Shown one piece after another: positions 36,763 to 46,479 of a stretch of DNA of 64,000 nt. Origin of the DNA: an uncultured virus (IMG/VR IMGVR_UViG_3300003937_000027) (taxonomy: Duplodnaviria > Heunggongvirae > Uroviricota > Caudoviricetes). How positions within the stretch are numbered: the first letter of the stretch is position 1; each line of letters starts with the position of its first letter. The notes beneath the pieces are model-generated. The model did not search any database. It was not told the DNA's origin and worked only from the letters and a program-made list of their open reading frames with translations. The position numbers were made by a program, and so were the translations under genes. The stretch is from the IMG/VR virus record IMGVR_UViG_3300003937_000027; one strand, written 5' to 3'.

Positions 36763-37128
36763 ATGTCAGATAGATTCCCTACAGCAGAAGAAAGAGCATT
36801 TGGTAAAATCAAAGAGAAGATTGACCCTATTGAAGAAAAACTAGATGAGAAGATTGCTAAACTAAACAGCAGCCGTGTATATAAAAAGGTTACACCAAAA
36901 GGTGACCTGTCTTGGTATGTAAAATGGGTATCAGTTTTTCTTATACTGTTTGCAACTATGGCCAGAAGTGTAGGTACAATACCACAGTATGATATGTGGT
37001 TAGGTTTGTTTGGTACAGCAGGTTGGGCATACGTAGGATTCTTATGGCACGATAGAGCATTATTATTTTTGAATGCAATATTGGTATCTTTATTATTATT
37101 AGGATTGACGAATTATTATTTTTTATGA
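36763..37128 (+). CDS. small membrane protein (DUF6552-like)
   Basis: SWYVKW...GW..VG.LWHDRAL..LN. Confidence 0.65.
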   Translation: MSDRFPTAEERAFGKIKEKIDPIEEKLDEKIAKLNSSRVYKKVTPKGDLSWYVKWVSVFLILFATMARSVGTIPQYDMWLGLFGTAGWAYVGFLWHDRALLFLNAILVSLLLLGLTNYYFL

Positions 37129-37964
37129 TTAGAACATTTTTAATTGGTAATGGTGAGAGTCGTAAAGACTTTGATTTAAATGTATTGAAACCTTATGGCA
37201 AGATATATGGTTGTAATGCCATTTATAGAGACCATCCTGACCTATGTGACGCATTGATAGCTGTTGACGCTGGTATGATACACGAATTATATCATAATGG
37301 TATGTGTGCTGATGTGCCTTGCTATTTTAGAGAATGGACCAAAGTACCTATTCATATGTATGATACAATGTTACAAAGTATGCTACAAACACAAAACAAA
37401 GAACAGGCTGATTTGGTTGTAGAGAACGAAAGAGGTGAGAGCGACCACTTTGTTATGAACGCTCATACTATTAAAGGTCCTGTTGTCATACGAAAAGCAA
37501 ATGATGATAGAGAGAAAAAAAATATAGACAATGCTCACATATATGTGTCTTGGATAAAAGAACCAGACAAGTCACACAATATATCTGAATGTTGTTTTGG
37601 CGCTGAAGATTTAGGTTGGTGTGCAGGTACTACAAGTGGGTATGTTGCTAGTCTAGTTGAAGCACCAGATGAAATGTATCTAATAGGACAAGACCTTATA
37701 TCAGATACAAAGACAGTTAACAATCTATACAAATCTACAAGGTATTATGTATCAGAACATTTTGAGCCCAATCCGTCAGGTATATGGGAAACAGAATGGC
37801 TCACACTTATGCAGAACAACCCTAACGTTAAGTTTTACAAAGTGAATAAGGCATTTGATGATAAACCTACTAATCAAAAAGTAGAGAGATTCGCAGTACA
37901 GGAAGACAAGAATTTAGAGTATATCACCCAAGCACAGCTGCTTGACAAAATGAGTAAATGGTGA
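37125..37964 (+). CDS. conserved T4-like hypothetical protein upstream of gp32
   Basis: IGNGESR..FDL, YGCNAIYRD, YLIG.D...NN.YK.T..Y. Confidence 0.7.
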   Translation: MIRTFLIGNGESRKDFDLNVLKPYGKIYGCNAIYRDHPDLCDALIAVDAGMIHELYHNGMCADVPCYFREWTKVPIHMYDTMLQSMLQTQNKEQADLVVENERGESDHFVMNAHTIKGPVVIRKANDDREKKNIDNAHIYVSWIKEPDKSHNISECCFGAEDLGWCAGTTSGYVASLVEAPDEMYLIGQDLISDTKTVNNLYKSTRYYVSEHFEPNPSGIWETEWLTLMQNNPNVKFYKVNKAFDDKPTNQKVERFAVQEDKNLEYITQAQLLDKMSKW

Positions 37965-38042
37965 TATTATATAATAATAATAGAATTTTATCTTAATTAT
38001 GAGATAAAAAAAAGGGTTAATAGTATAACAAAAGTATAAATA
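37942..38042 (+). promoter_or_regulatory. tandem promoters for gp32: TTGACA-17-TATTAT (37942-37970) and late TATAAATA (38035-38042)
   Basis: Read directly. Confidence 0.7.
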
Positions 38043-38102
38043 ATAACATACTTACATTAATACAATTAATACGTACAACAATATATACAAGGAGAAAATA
38101 CA

Positions 38103-39005
38103 ATGTCAAGTGCATTAGAAGCCCTAAAAAAGTCAAAGTCCAATTTTGACTCTCTAACAAAACAGTTAGAAAAAACAATAGATCAACCCGATAGAAAAAA
38201 CAAATACCAAGACGACAGGTTATGGAAACCTGAACTTGATAAATCAGGTAATGGTTACGCTGTAATCAGATTTTTACCTGCAATAGAAGGTGAAGATATG
38301 CCATGGCAACGAGTCTGGCACCACGCTTTCCAAGGACCAGGTGGTCAATGGTACATTGAAAACTCATTAACAACTTTAAACAAAAAGGATCCTGTTAGTG
38401 AAGAAAATACTAGGTTGTGGAATACAGGCATAGAAGCCGATAAAGAAATTGCTAGAAAAAGAAAAAGAAAGTTACAATACTATTCTAATATTTTTGTAGT
38501 AAGTGATCCTAAACATCCTGAAAATGATGGTAAAATATTCTTATACAAATTTGGTAAAAAGATTTTTGATAAGATTACTGAAGCAATGAACCCAGCATTT
38601 GAAGATGAAAAGGCCACAAACCCATTTGATTTTTGGGAAGGTGCAAACTTTAAACTAAAAATCAGAAAAGTTGATGGCTATTGGAATTATGATAAATCCG
38701 AATTTGAGCCAATTAGTAAATTGAAAAATACTGATGATGAGATTGACAAAGTATGGAAATCTCAACACGCTCTAAAGCCCTTCGTTGATCCTAGTAATTT
38801 TAAATCTTATGAGGAACTCAAAGAGAAACTGAATAAGACGCTTACTGGACAAAGAAGTACCGAGTCTGTGGAAGATATTGACCTCCCACCTGTCACAAAC
38901 GACATACCAACGTCTTCTAACAACTCGGTAGAGAAAGTTGGAACTACGTCCAACGGTAGCGATGACCTATCGTATTTTAGTAAATTAGCTGAGGACGATT
39001 CCTAA
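38103..39005 (+). CDS. gp32: single-stranded DNA-binding protein
   Basis: DDRLWKP..DKSGNGYAVIRFLP, GQWYIENS.TT, FGKKIFDKI, acidic tail. Confidence 0.96.
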   Translation: MSSALEALKKSKSNFDSLTKQLEKTIDQPDRKNKYQDDRLWKPELDKSGNGYAVIRFLPAIEGEDMPWQRVWHHAFQGPGGQWYIENSLTTLNKKDPVSEENTRLWNTGIEADKEIARKRKRKLQYYSNIFVVSDPKHPENDGKIFLYKFGKKIFDKITEAMNPAFEDEKATNPFDFWEGANFKLKIRKVDGYWNYDKSEFEPISKLKNTDDEIDKVWKSQHALKPFVDPSNFKSYEELKEKLNKTLTGQRSTESVEDIDLPPVTNDIPTSSNNSVEKVGTTSNGSDDLSYFSKLAEDDS

Positions 39006-39028
39006 TCTATCTCTCTCACTTTCTCAAT

Positions 39029-39050
39029 TGGGTAGCCTTCGGGCTACCCA
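39029..39050 (+). terminator. cUUCGg-capped hairpin after gp32 (terminator or stabiliser; no clear U-tract)
   Basis: TGGGTAGCC-TTCG-GGCTACCCA. Confidence 0.65.
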
Positions 39051-39065
39051 TAATACTTCTCTAAT

Positions 39066-39701
39066 ATGTTACCAATAAAAATAGACAGACCTAAAGATTA
39101 CTTTAAAAATAATATCCATAAGATAGTTTCGGATTATCATAATAAGATTATGACTAATATTACTGAAACTCAAAATAAAATGGATAGTTTCATCAATGAA
39201 CACCATTTAGTTTATGAACTTTTTTACGATAAAAAGGAATTAAAACTAATGGAGAAATATCACAATAGAGCAAGAATATTAAGTACAAACGCAGGACGAA
39301 TATTTGACACAGCAGTTAAATTTATTATAACAGACGTTGAAGGTGGTAAAAGTGAATACATTAATAACCCTAACCAACACCCTTCCAGATTTGAAATTGA
39401 TGTTATCAACCACGATAAAAAAATAGCATATGAAATCAAATGGCGTGACGCAGGCACAGATGGCGACCATACAAATAAAGAGTTTAGAAAAGTAGATTTA
39501 CTTGTTGAACAAGGTTATACACCTATTAGATTAACATTTTTTATGCCAGAGCTAGAACGTTCATTAAAATCTCAAACACAAATTATAAACTATTATGGAA
39601 AGTATGGTAAAACCTATACACAAGATAAAGCATTTGAATATATAAATCAAATGGCAGATATAGATTTACTACAAATATTAAAAGATTTTAAAACGTTTTA
39701 A
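39066..39701 (+). CDS. ApaLI-family restriction endonuclease-like protein
   Basis: FEID......AYEIKWRDA.TDGDH..KE, GY.PIR..F..P. Confidence 0.7.
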   Translation: MLPIKIDRPKDYFKNNIHKIVSDYHNKIMTNITETQNKMDSFINEHHLVYELFYDKKELKLMEKYHNRARILSTNAGRIFDTAVKFIITDVEGGKSEYINNPNQHPSRFEIDVINHDKKIAYEIKWRDAGTDGDHTNKEFRKVDLLVEQGYTPIRLTFFMPELERSLKSQTQIINYYGKYGKTYTQDKAFEYINQMADIDLLQILKDFKTF

Positions 39702-40149
39702 GATGGTCTTCGGTTAGTATAATAAAATTCATATCACGTTTTGTACACCAAGCAGCCGCCGTTGACCACTTTCTCATATTTCTCTCAAAAGTCAATAACG
39801 CATTTTTATAAACCCTACTTTCACGTAGAGGTTTTTTAGGTTTACGTGTCTGTTTTTTAGGTTTGATTTCAACAACATATTTTTTAAGTGACTTATTTGC
39901 TAGTCTTACTTTCATATAGAAATCAGGATAGTATCTATGAGGCTTATTATCAATTGAGCGATACCAAATAACAATTTCTTCACTACCCCATTCTACCACA
40001 TCTTTGTTCTTATCACAATAGAGCATAAACCTTTTCTCCCAACTAGACCTATAAATAATGTTGTTAACATTGCCTTTGTACTTTTTTATGTTCAATGGTT
40101 TGAATATACCTGTATAGGGACGTTTATCTATATTCTTCAATTTCTTCAT
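39688..40149 (-). CDS. gp4: head completion nuclease
   Basis: KKYKG....IIYRSSWE, W.SEE..I.Y, HRYYPDF, EIKP..QT, F.ILTE. Confidence 0.9.
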   Translation of the reverse strand: MKKLKNIDKRPYTGIFKPLNIKKYKGNVNNIIYRSSWEKRFMLYCDKNKDVVEWGSEEIVIWYRSIDNKPHRYYPDFYMKVRLANKSLKKYVVEIKPKKQTRKPKKPLRESRVYKNALLTFERNMRKWSTAAAWCTKRDMNFIILTEDHLKTF

Positions 40150-40180
40150 AAATCTATTTATTAACAACATAAATAGTAGT

Positions 40181-40735
40181 ATGGCAAGTGTATTTGACAG
40201 AATTAAACTAAAAGCAGGAGATAGTGATAGGTCTGCTACTTGGTATAGACAACAAGTAAATAAGATAGCAAGTGGTACTACTGCTAGACAACTGTTTAGA
40301 GCAGGTAGACTTAACGGAAGACCTAGTATAGGAAGACTAAATTTATTTGGTTATAATCCTAAAGGGAGAGCAACACTACCCTACTATGACATATTTCCTT
40401 TAGTGTTGCCATTAGAGCCAATACCAGCTGGGTTTATGGGTATGAACTTTCATTATTTACCACCGTTGTTAAGATTTAGGTTGTTAGAGAAAATGCAAGC
40501 AACAGCGTCTGACCAACGATTTAATAAAAACACAAGATTTGAAGTGGCTTATGATGATGTAAAAAGTATAAAAATGGTTAAACCAACAATTAAGAAATAT
40601 CTGTGGTCACATTTACAAACAGGATTTTTAAGAATTAATGTTGATGAGGCTGCAATAGCAATAATGTTGCCTGTACAAAGATTTAAAAAGGCAAGTGTGG
40701 GACAAGTTTATTCAGATAGTAGGAGATTTATTTAA
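40181..40735 (+). CDS. gp2: DNA end protector protein
   Basis: Y.PK....LPYYD.FPLV, F.G.NFHYLPP..R, PTIKKYL. Confidence 0.88.
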   Translation: MASVFDRIKLKAGDSDRSATWYRQQVNKIASGTTARQLFRAGRLNGRPSIGRLNLFGYNPKGRATLPYYDIFPLVLPLEPIPAGFMGMNFHYLPPLLRFRLLEKMQATASDQRFNKNTRFEVAYDDVKSIKMVKPTIKKYLWSHLQTGFLRINVDEAAIAIMLPVQRFKKASVGQVYSDSRRFI

Positions 40736-41832
40736 TGTCAATTATTAGCGTAGGTAAAAGAATAGGTGATATGGATATCAGATTAGGTATCCCACCATCA
40801 AAGCCACATTTTGGCGTTTCAGATATCAACAAAAGAATATCATACAATAACGTTACATCTAATTACAATTCACAATATAACATATTCAGGTCAGGTATAA
40901 CATCAGCAGGTGGGTTTGCAAGACCTTCACAATTCCTTTGTACGATTGATGGACCTCCAGTTAGATTACAACGTGGCATTTCTATTTATCCTGACTTTAA
41001 TAGTAAAAAACAAGATATCCGTATGGACAAGAGTGCGGCATTAGCTAATGCAATTAAAAAGAATTTACAATTAAGAATGGACCTATTTTGCTCAAACGTA
41101 AGTTTACCATCCAGAACAATTACAGATGATGTAAACGAAACATACTATGGTCCTAAAAGAGCTCACGCAAAGAATGTTCAATATGAAGAAGTAACATTAG
41201 AGTTTTATACGAGTATAAACTATGACGAAAGATTATATTTTGAGGCATGGCAAAACTGTATAATTGATCCTATTAGCCATAACGTAGGTTACTATGATGA
41301 TTATGCTGAACCTTGTATGATTACTATAACACCATTAACAAAAACATTTACAGCAGCCCTAGCTAATTTTCAACCGACTGGCAACCCTACTGAAGATAGA
41401 CAGCAAATAAGAAAAAGTTTAGGTAATACTTCTGGTTACTCATCTTATCAAGTGCAAATGTATGAGGTATGGCCTAAAACTATTGCTGCTACACCATTAT
41501 CATATGATTCTCAAAATGCAATAATTAAAACAAGTGTTACATTTACATACAGAAACTTTGCTACAACAGCATGGAATTGGATGGCAGATAGAGCCGCACC
41601 AATGAATAGAGAAAAGAAAAAAAATAGGCAAGAATATAGAAATAACACTACAGCCATACAGGCTAGTTTTTTAGATAATTTACCATTTGGTATTGGTAAT
41701 GAAATTGGTAGAGTAGGCAGAGAGGTCTATGAAAAAATAAAAAGAAATTTGCCTATAGGGCGAGTAACAGGAGGACGAGTATTTCCTAAGGGTTTACCAG
41801 ATCCTAAAATTATACGAGATATACTATATTAA
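40735..41832 (+). CDS. tail tube-like protein (gp19/gp54 family)
   Basis: GGFARP..F, C..VSLP, FEAWQ..I, YYDDY, E.WPK.I....LSY. Confidence 0.75.
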   Translation: MSIISVGKRIGDMDIRLGIPPSKPHFGVSDINKRISYNNVTSNYNSQYNIFRSGITSAGGFARPSQFLCTIDGPPVRLQRGISIYPDFNSKKQDIRMDKSAALANAIKKNLQLRMDLFCSNVSLPSRTITDDVNETYYGPKRAHAKNVQYEEVTLEFYTSINYDERLYFEAWQNCIIDPISHNVGYYDDYAEPCMITITPLTKTFTAALANFQPTGNPTEDRQQIRKSLGNTSGYSSYQVQMYEVWPKTIAATPLSYDSQNAIIKTSVTFTYRNFATTAWNWMADRAAPMNREKKKNRQEYRNNTTAIQASFLDNLPFGIGNEIGRVGREVYEKIKRNLPIGRVTGGRVFPKGLPDPKIIRDILY

Positions 41833-41851
41833 TATTTAAAGGAGTGAAACA

Positions 41852-42571
41852 ATGAGTTTACCATTAATGAATACACCAGAATATGAATTGACTTTATCAA
41901 GGAATATAAAGGTGAAATTTAGACCGTTTTTAGTAAAAGAAGAAAAGATTTTACTAATGGCGATAGAGAACAACAACGAAGAGGAGATGATCAATATATT
42001 AATTCAAACTGTACAAACTTGTATGGTGACTAAAGATATTGATGTTACAAAATTACCAGTTTATGATTTTGAATGGTTATGGTTAAACATAAGGTCAAAA
42101 TCAATTGGTGAGGTTATAGATTTAAAACTGAAATGTCCAGATGATGAAACACAAGTGGTTGATTATAATTTTAACATTGACCAAGTTAAACCAGATTTTA
42201 ATAAAGAAGTGGAAACTAATATAAAGTTTTCAGAAAATTATGGTGTAATTATGAAAGTGCCAACTGTTAAAGAAGTAGCAAATAAGAAAACCATAATGGA
42301 TTTAACAGTTAATTTGATGAAGGAGTGTATTGCACAGATTTATAACGGAGAGGAGATATTTGAAGTTAAGGATATTGAACCAAAGGAACTAGACGAATTT
42401 ATAGATAATTTGACAATGCCTCAATTTAAAAAGATAAGAGCATATTTTGAGGAGTTGCCAATCATATCTCATACAATTAAGTATAAGAATCCTAAATCTG
42501 GTGCTGAACACGAAATGTTGTTACAAGGTGCGGCTGATTTTTTTCAGTTACCCTCTTACACGAAAGCCTAG
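41852..42571 (+). CDS. gp26: baseplate hub subunit
   Basis: LP....P.YEL.L, KFRPFLVKEEKILLMA, IRSKSIGE, C-terminal G..DFF. Confidence 0.88.
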   Translation: MSLPLMNTPEYELTLSRNIKVKFRPFLVKEEKILLMAIENNNEEEMINILIQTVQTCMVTKDIDVTKLPVYDFEWLWLNIRSKSIGEVIDLKLKCPDDETQVVDYNFNIDQVKPDFNKEVETNIKFSENYGVIMKVPTVKEVANKKTIMDLTVNLMKECIAQIYNGEEIFEVKDIEPKELDEFIDNLTMPQFKKIRAYFEELPIISHTIKYKNPKSGAEHEMLLQGAADFFQLPSYTKA

Positions 42572-42735
42572 AGAGTTTTTATAGGACGAATTTTGCTTTA
42601 ATGCAATACCATAAATACTCATTGAACGATTTAGAGTCAATGCTACCGTATGAGAGGGAGATATATGTAGATTTACTGATACAGCACATTAGAGAAGAAA
42701 ACGAAAAGTTAAGAGAGAAACAAAGGGGAAATTAA
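42538..42735 (+). CDS. gp51: baseplate hub assembly protein gp51-like; first ATG at 42601, but the frame opens at the T7 slippery site
   Basis: (FF)SVTLLHESLESFYRTNFAL-MQYHKYSLNDLESMLPYEREIYVDLLIQHIREENEK; not in ORF track. Confidence 0.8.
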   Translation, partial: FFSVTLLHESLESFYRTNFALMQYHKYSLNDLESMLPYEREIYVDLLIQHIREENEKLREKQRGN

Positions 42736-42736
42736 A

Positions 42737-43051
42737 ATGTTAGAAGGAACTATAACAAAAGCAAAGAAAACAGGAATAGATACCATTAAGTTGGTGTGGG
42801 AATTCTTTACAGATGAAATACCACACGTGCTATCTAATTGGAGATTTGTTCCAAGAGCAATGATGTTATTATATTGTTATGCTTTCTATAGTACTATGAA
42901 CTGGTTTATGGCATTACCTGAACCTAACAACGCACAGGCTGGTTTTGTATCAGTAGTTGTTGGTGCTGGCGCTGCCTGGTTTGGTTTATATGTTAATAGT
43001 GGTGGAGTTAATAAGAAACCAGAGAAGAAAAAAGATACAACAATAGGTTAA
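42737..43051 (+). CDS. two-TM membrane protein (holin-like)
   Basis: WRFVPR.MM..Y, WFMALPEP...QAGFVS.VVGA..AWFGLY. Confidence 0.6.
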   Translation: MLEGTITKAKKTGIDTIKLVWEFFTDEIPHVLSNWRFVPRAMMLLYCYAFYSTMNWFMALPEPNNAQAGFVSVVVGAGAAWFGLYVNSGGVNKKPEKKKDTTIG

Positions 43052-43056
43052 GTTAA

Positions 43057-44829
43057 ATGGCAGTTAAATCAGCAATCTTTAAAAAAGGAACAGCAGATAA
43101 TTTTAATAAGATTCTTAAAAAGCAAAAACTGGAAGAGTCCGATCCGAAGTTTGCCATATCTGATTCTTTACAAGAATACCAGCAACAATTAGAAAAGTCA
43201 GCTGGTTATCAGAACCAAGTCAAGCTTGATAAGGCGAATATTAGACAAGATGTAATTAATTTTGTTATTGATTATACTGTTGGCGACCTTGACCAATTAA
43301 AAGGTATGGACTTTGATGAAGCCAAAACACAACAAAAGGTTACAGAAAAGACCATTAAAGAGTATGAAGGTTTACATAAAAAAGGTGTATTAAATGATGA
43401 AGAAATTGTTTACATAAAAGAAACTGTTGGTAGAACAAATGCTGAATTAAAAAAGGTGTTAGGTCTTTCAACCAGATTATCATTATCATTTAGAGATTTC
43501 AAAAAAGAATTAAAACCACTTAAATTAGCACAACGATTTGGTATGACAAGAATACCAATACTTGGTAAGAAAATAGAAAGAGCAATTGAAGCAGACGAAA
43601 GAGCTGAATCTAAAGCCTTAGGAATGAAAAGGCAATTGCGTAGAAAAGGACAAAAGGCCGAGTTTAAATCAGGTGGATTTAATCAGGCTGATTTAGCGTC
43701 TCCAAAATCATCAGGTGGTAGAGAAGATTTGGCTGGAAGAGCAGCCACTTCAGGCATATTAGGTATGGGTGCAAAGAGTACTGGAGATCCAGAAAAAGAT
43801 GTTGAAGAAGAACGAGAGTCAGATAAACAATTTGATACATCATCTGGCCTATTAGAAAGAATACTTGAGGAGAGTGAATTAACAAATGAATTACTAGGGG
43901 CAGAGAAAAAACAAGGTAAAAGCTTTTTACAAAAAATGGCAACATTGGCATTGGCTATAGGAGGAATAGGTGCGGCCATAGGTTTAGCAATGACGCCATT
44001 GCTTGCGCCATTGGCGACAATGGGAGCATCCATTGCCAATTCGGTGAGAAGTGCGCTTGGGTTCCCTAAAACAAATGTAAAAGGTGGGAATGTAAAAGGT
44101 GGGGCAACCAATGCTCATATGCGAAGTAAGACCAAGACATTTAAAAAACCTGTCAAACCACCACTTCTTTTAACCGACCAGAGTAAGAAAAACTTAAAGA
44201 TAAAAGATTCAAAAGTAGCTAACGTAAAAAACACCAAGGTAGTAGCTAATGCCGCTAAAAAAGGAAGTGCCCTTGCCAAGTCAGCCAAGTTTGCTGGAAA
44301 TGCAGTTAGAGTAGGTGGTAAATGGTTATGGCCAGTTGCAGCTGTTATGGGAGCATTTGACGCTGCTAGTGGTTATGCAAATGCAGGTGAAATATTAGGT
44401 AAAGAAGAAGGTGACGAGGTAACTACAAGAGATAAAGCATCAGCAAGTTTTGCTTCATTCTTATCTGGTGTAACAATAGGTCTTATAAACCAAGAGAAAA
44501 CTGCTAAATGGTTTGCTGGTAAAGACCACCTGAATCAGGATCAAATAGAATTAACTCAATCACATTCAAGGGCGAACTTGTACAACAAGGCATGGAATCA
44601 TCCAATGGCTAAAAATGACAAATCTAAATTGGCAAAAGTAGAGGAGATGAAATTAGATAACGTTGAGAAATTAGATATTATATACAACGGCAGTAAATTG
44701 CCATTCAATGTAAACAATCAAAACAACATAGACAACACAAGTAAAACAACAATAATTGATAATAAAACTACATCAATCAAATCAGAAAATCCAGATGGGC
44801 TGGTATCTGAATTTAGTCAAATAAAGTAG
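43057..44829 (+). CDS. tape-measure/gp29-like tail protein
   Basis: 590 aa helical, Ala/Gly-rich; lies between gp51 and gp48. Confidence 0.55.
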   Translation: MAVKSAIFKKGTADNFNKILKKQKLEESDPKFAISDSLQEYQQQLEKSAGYQNQVKLDKANIRQDVINFVIDYTVGDLDQLKGMDFDEAKTQQKVTEKTIKEYEGLHKKGVLNDEEIVYIKETVGRTNAELKKVLGLSTRLSLSFRDFKKELKPLKLAQRFGMTRIPILGKKIERAIEADERAESKALGMKRQLRRKGQKAEFKSGGFNQADLASPKSSGGREDLAGRAATSGILGMGAKSTGDPEKDVEEERESDKQFDTSSGLLERILEESELTNELLGAEKKQGKSFLQKMATLALAIGGIGAAIGLAMTPLLAPLATMGASIANSVRSALGFPKTNVKGGNVKGGATNAHMRSKTKTFKKPVKPPLLLTDQSKKNLKIKDSKVANVKNTKVVANAAKKGSALAKSAKFAGNAVRVGGKWLWPVAAVMGAFDAASGYANAGEILGKEEGDEVTTRDKASASFASFLSGVTIGLINQEKTAKWFAGKDHLNQDQIELTQSHSRANLYNKAWNHPMAKNDKSKLAKVEEMKLDNVEKLDIIYNGSKLPFNVNNQNNIDNTSKTTIIDNKTTSIKSENPDGLVSEFSQIK

Positions 44830-44847
44830 GATTAACTAAATAGTATT

Positions 44848-45948
44848 ATGGGATTTCAACCTTTCAAAGCATTAAAAACAATAATAAATGGACTGAAACA
44901 ACCTTCGTCTGTTTTACAAGGACCTACTATAGGTGGATGGAATAAAAAGACAATAGCACCAAATAAAAGAGGTATTATTCATTACAACCCTACTGATATG
45001 GACTATTCAGGCCATGTGCATTCAGGATCTGATAAGTTTTATGTTTATCCATTAGACCACAAAGACCAAGAGCATTACATTTTATTTGATATCATAGAGC
45101 GTATACCAGATAAATCAGGAGTTGAATTTAACGTGGTTCAAGGTGCAGGTCATTCAAAACACCAAGACAATTTAAGCAAGGTTGTATATGGTACAAATAG
45201 ATTTTTTTCTGAAGGTACAGGTAATCTTATATGGGGGATGCCTACAGGTAAAGGCAATCATAGAGTTGTAAAACATACAATTGCAGTCTATATGCCACAA
45301 ACACTTAAATTTAATATGCAGGCAGACTATGGCGCTGAAGAAGTAGGTTTTGCTATAGGTGCGTTTGCAAAACTAAAAGACGCCCTTGCTGGCGATAAAT
45401 TTTGGGGCGAGGATATAAAGTCTATAGCTGTAGCGTCACAAGGGTTAGTAGCAAATATTGCCTCCTTTGCAAGTGGTGGATTACTGGCAGGTGCTGGAGC
45501 GGCCTTGCAACGTAGAACTGGTATTGCACCAGCAGCTATGACAGAAATGGTATTTAATGGTATAGATTACCGAACATTTAGTTTCACATTTAAATTTACA
45601 CCTAGAAGCAAAAAAGAATCCGATGTTGTAAATAGTATGCTACACACTATAAAAGACGCCATGTTACCTATGAAATTTGGCAAAGGTCCATCTGTTGCAG
45701 CCTATCGTGTACCACACGAATTTGTAATTAGATTTATGAAAGGCACTAATATTAACCCATACATAGACCAAATCGGATTGTGTGCTTGTACAGGTGTTGA
45801 TATAGATTATGGTAGTGATAAGTTTTCAACACACGTTGCTGGTGATCCTGTGTCAATAGACGCAACACTAACTTTTAAAGAATTAGAACTAATGGAAAGA
45901 AGTAGATATAACCAATTAAGACAAAGTGCTTCTGAAAGTAGAACATAA
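44848..45948 (+). CDS. gp48: baseplate tail tube cap
   Basis: YPLD, I..YMP, F.G...RTFSF.FKF.PRS..E, L.F.E.E. Confidence 0.85.
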   Translation: MGFQPFKALKTIINGLKQPSSVLQGPTIGGWNKKTIAPNKRGIIHYNPTDMDYSGHVHSGSDKFYVYPLDHKDQEHYILFDIIERIPDKSGVEFNVVQGAGHSKHQDNLSKVVYGTNRFFSEGTGNLIWGMPTGKGNHRVVKHTIAVYMPQTLKFNMQADYGAEEVGFAIGAFAKLKDALAGDKFWGEDIKSIAVASQGLVANIASFASGGLLAGAGAALQRRTGIAPAAMTEMVFNGIDYRTFSFTFKFTPRSKKESDVVNSMLHTIKDAMLPMKFGKGPSVAAYRVPHEFVIRFMKGTNINPYIDQIGLCACTGVDIDYGSDKFSTHVAGDPVSIDATLTFKELELMERSRYNQLRQSASESRT

Positions 45949-46478
45949 TGCCAGAATATTTTACTCATTTTCCTAAGATATATTATGACGCCGCTGGTAA
46001 AGGTAACTTTAAACTTGTTACAAACCTATTAAGACGAGTGCAAATGACAGCTGGATTAAAAGAGATTGCAGCTGTATTTGACGAGTATGATATAGGTGGC
46101 GAAGATACACCTGAATCAGTATCAGAATCGCAGTATGGAGACCAAAGTTACTACTGGATTATATTGTTGTTTAATAATATCAAGGACAGATTTTATGACT
46201 GGCCTTTAACTACAGCTCAACTTGAAACATATATAAACGACAAGTATGCTGATCCTAATGGCGCTCATCATTATGAAATAGTACAAACTAGTGGTGCAAC
46301 AACTTCATATGACGACTCACACACAATAAAAGTTAATAGTACAGAAGCAGGTGCTACCCTTATTACAAATTCCGAATACGAACAACGATTACAACACAAA
46401 AAGGGACGGATTAGACTAGTCAGGCCTGAATTTTTAGATTTAATAACAGACGAGTTTACAACATTGATAGGAGCATAA
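45948..46478 (+). CDS. gp53: baseplate wedge subunit
   Basis: YF..FPKI.Y, TPE.V....YG...YYWIILL.N, DWP, HHYE. Confidence 0.9.
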   Translation: MPEYFTHFPKIYYDAAGKGNFKLVTNLLRRVQMTAGLKEIAAVFDEYDIGGEDTPESVSESQYGDQSYYWIILLFNNIKDRFYDWPLTTAQLETYINDKYADPNGAHHYEIVQTSGATTSYDDSHTIKVNSTEAGATLITNSEYEQRLQHKKGRIRLVRPEFLDLITDEFTTLIGA

Positions 46479-46479
46479 T

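Noticed and set aside
44074..44103. 15-bp tandem repeat AATGTAAAAGGTGGG x2
   Set aside because: In-frame duplication in a low-complexity part of the tape-measure-like gene
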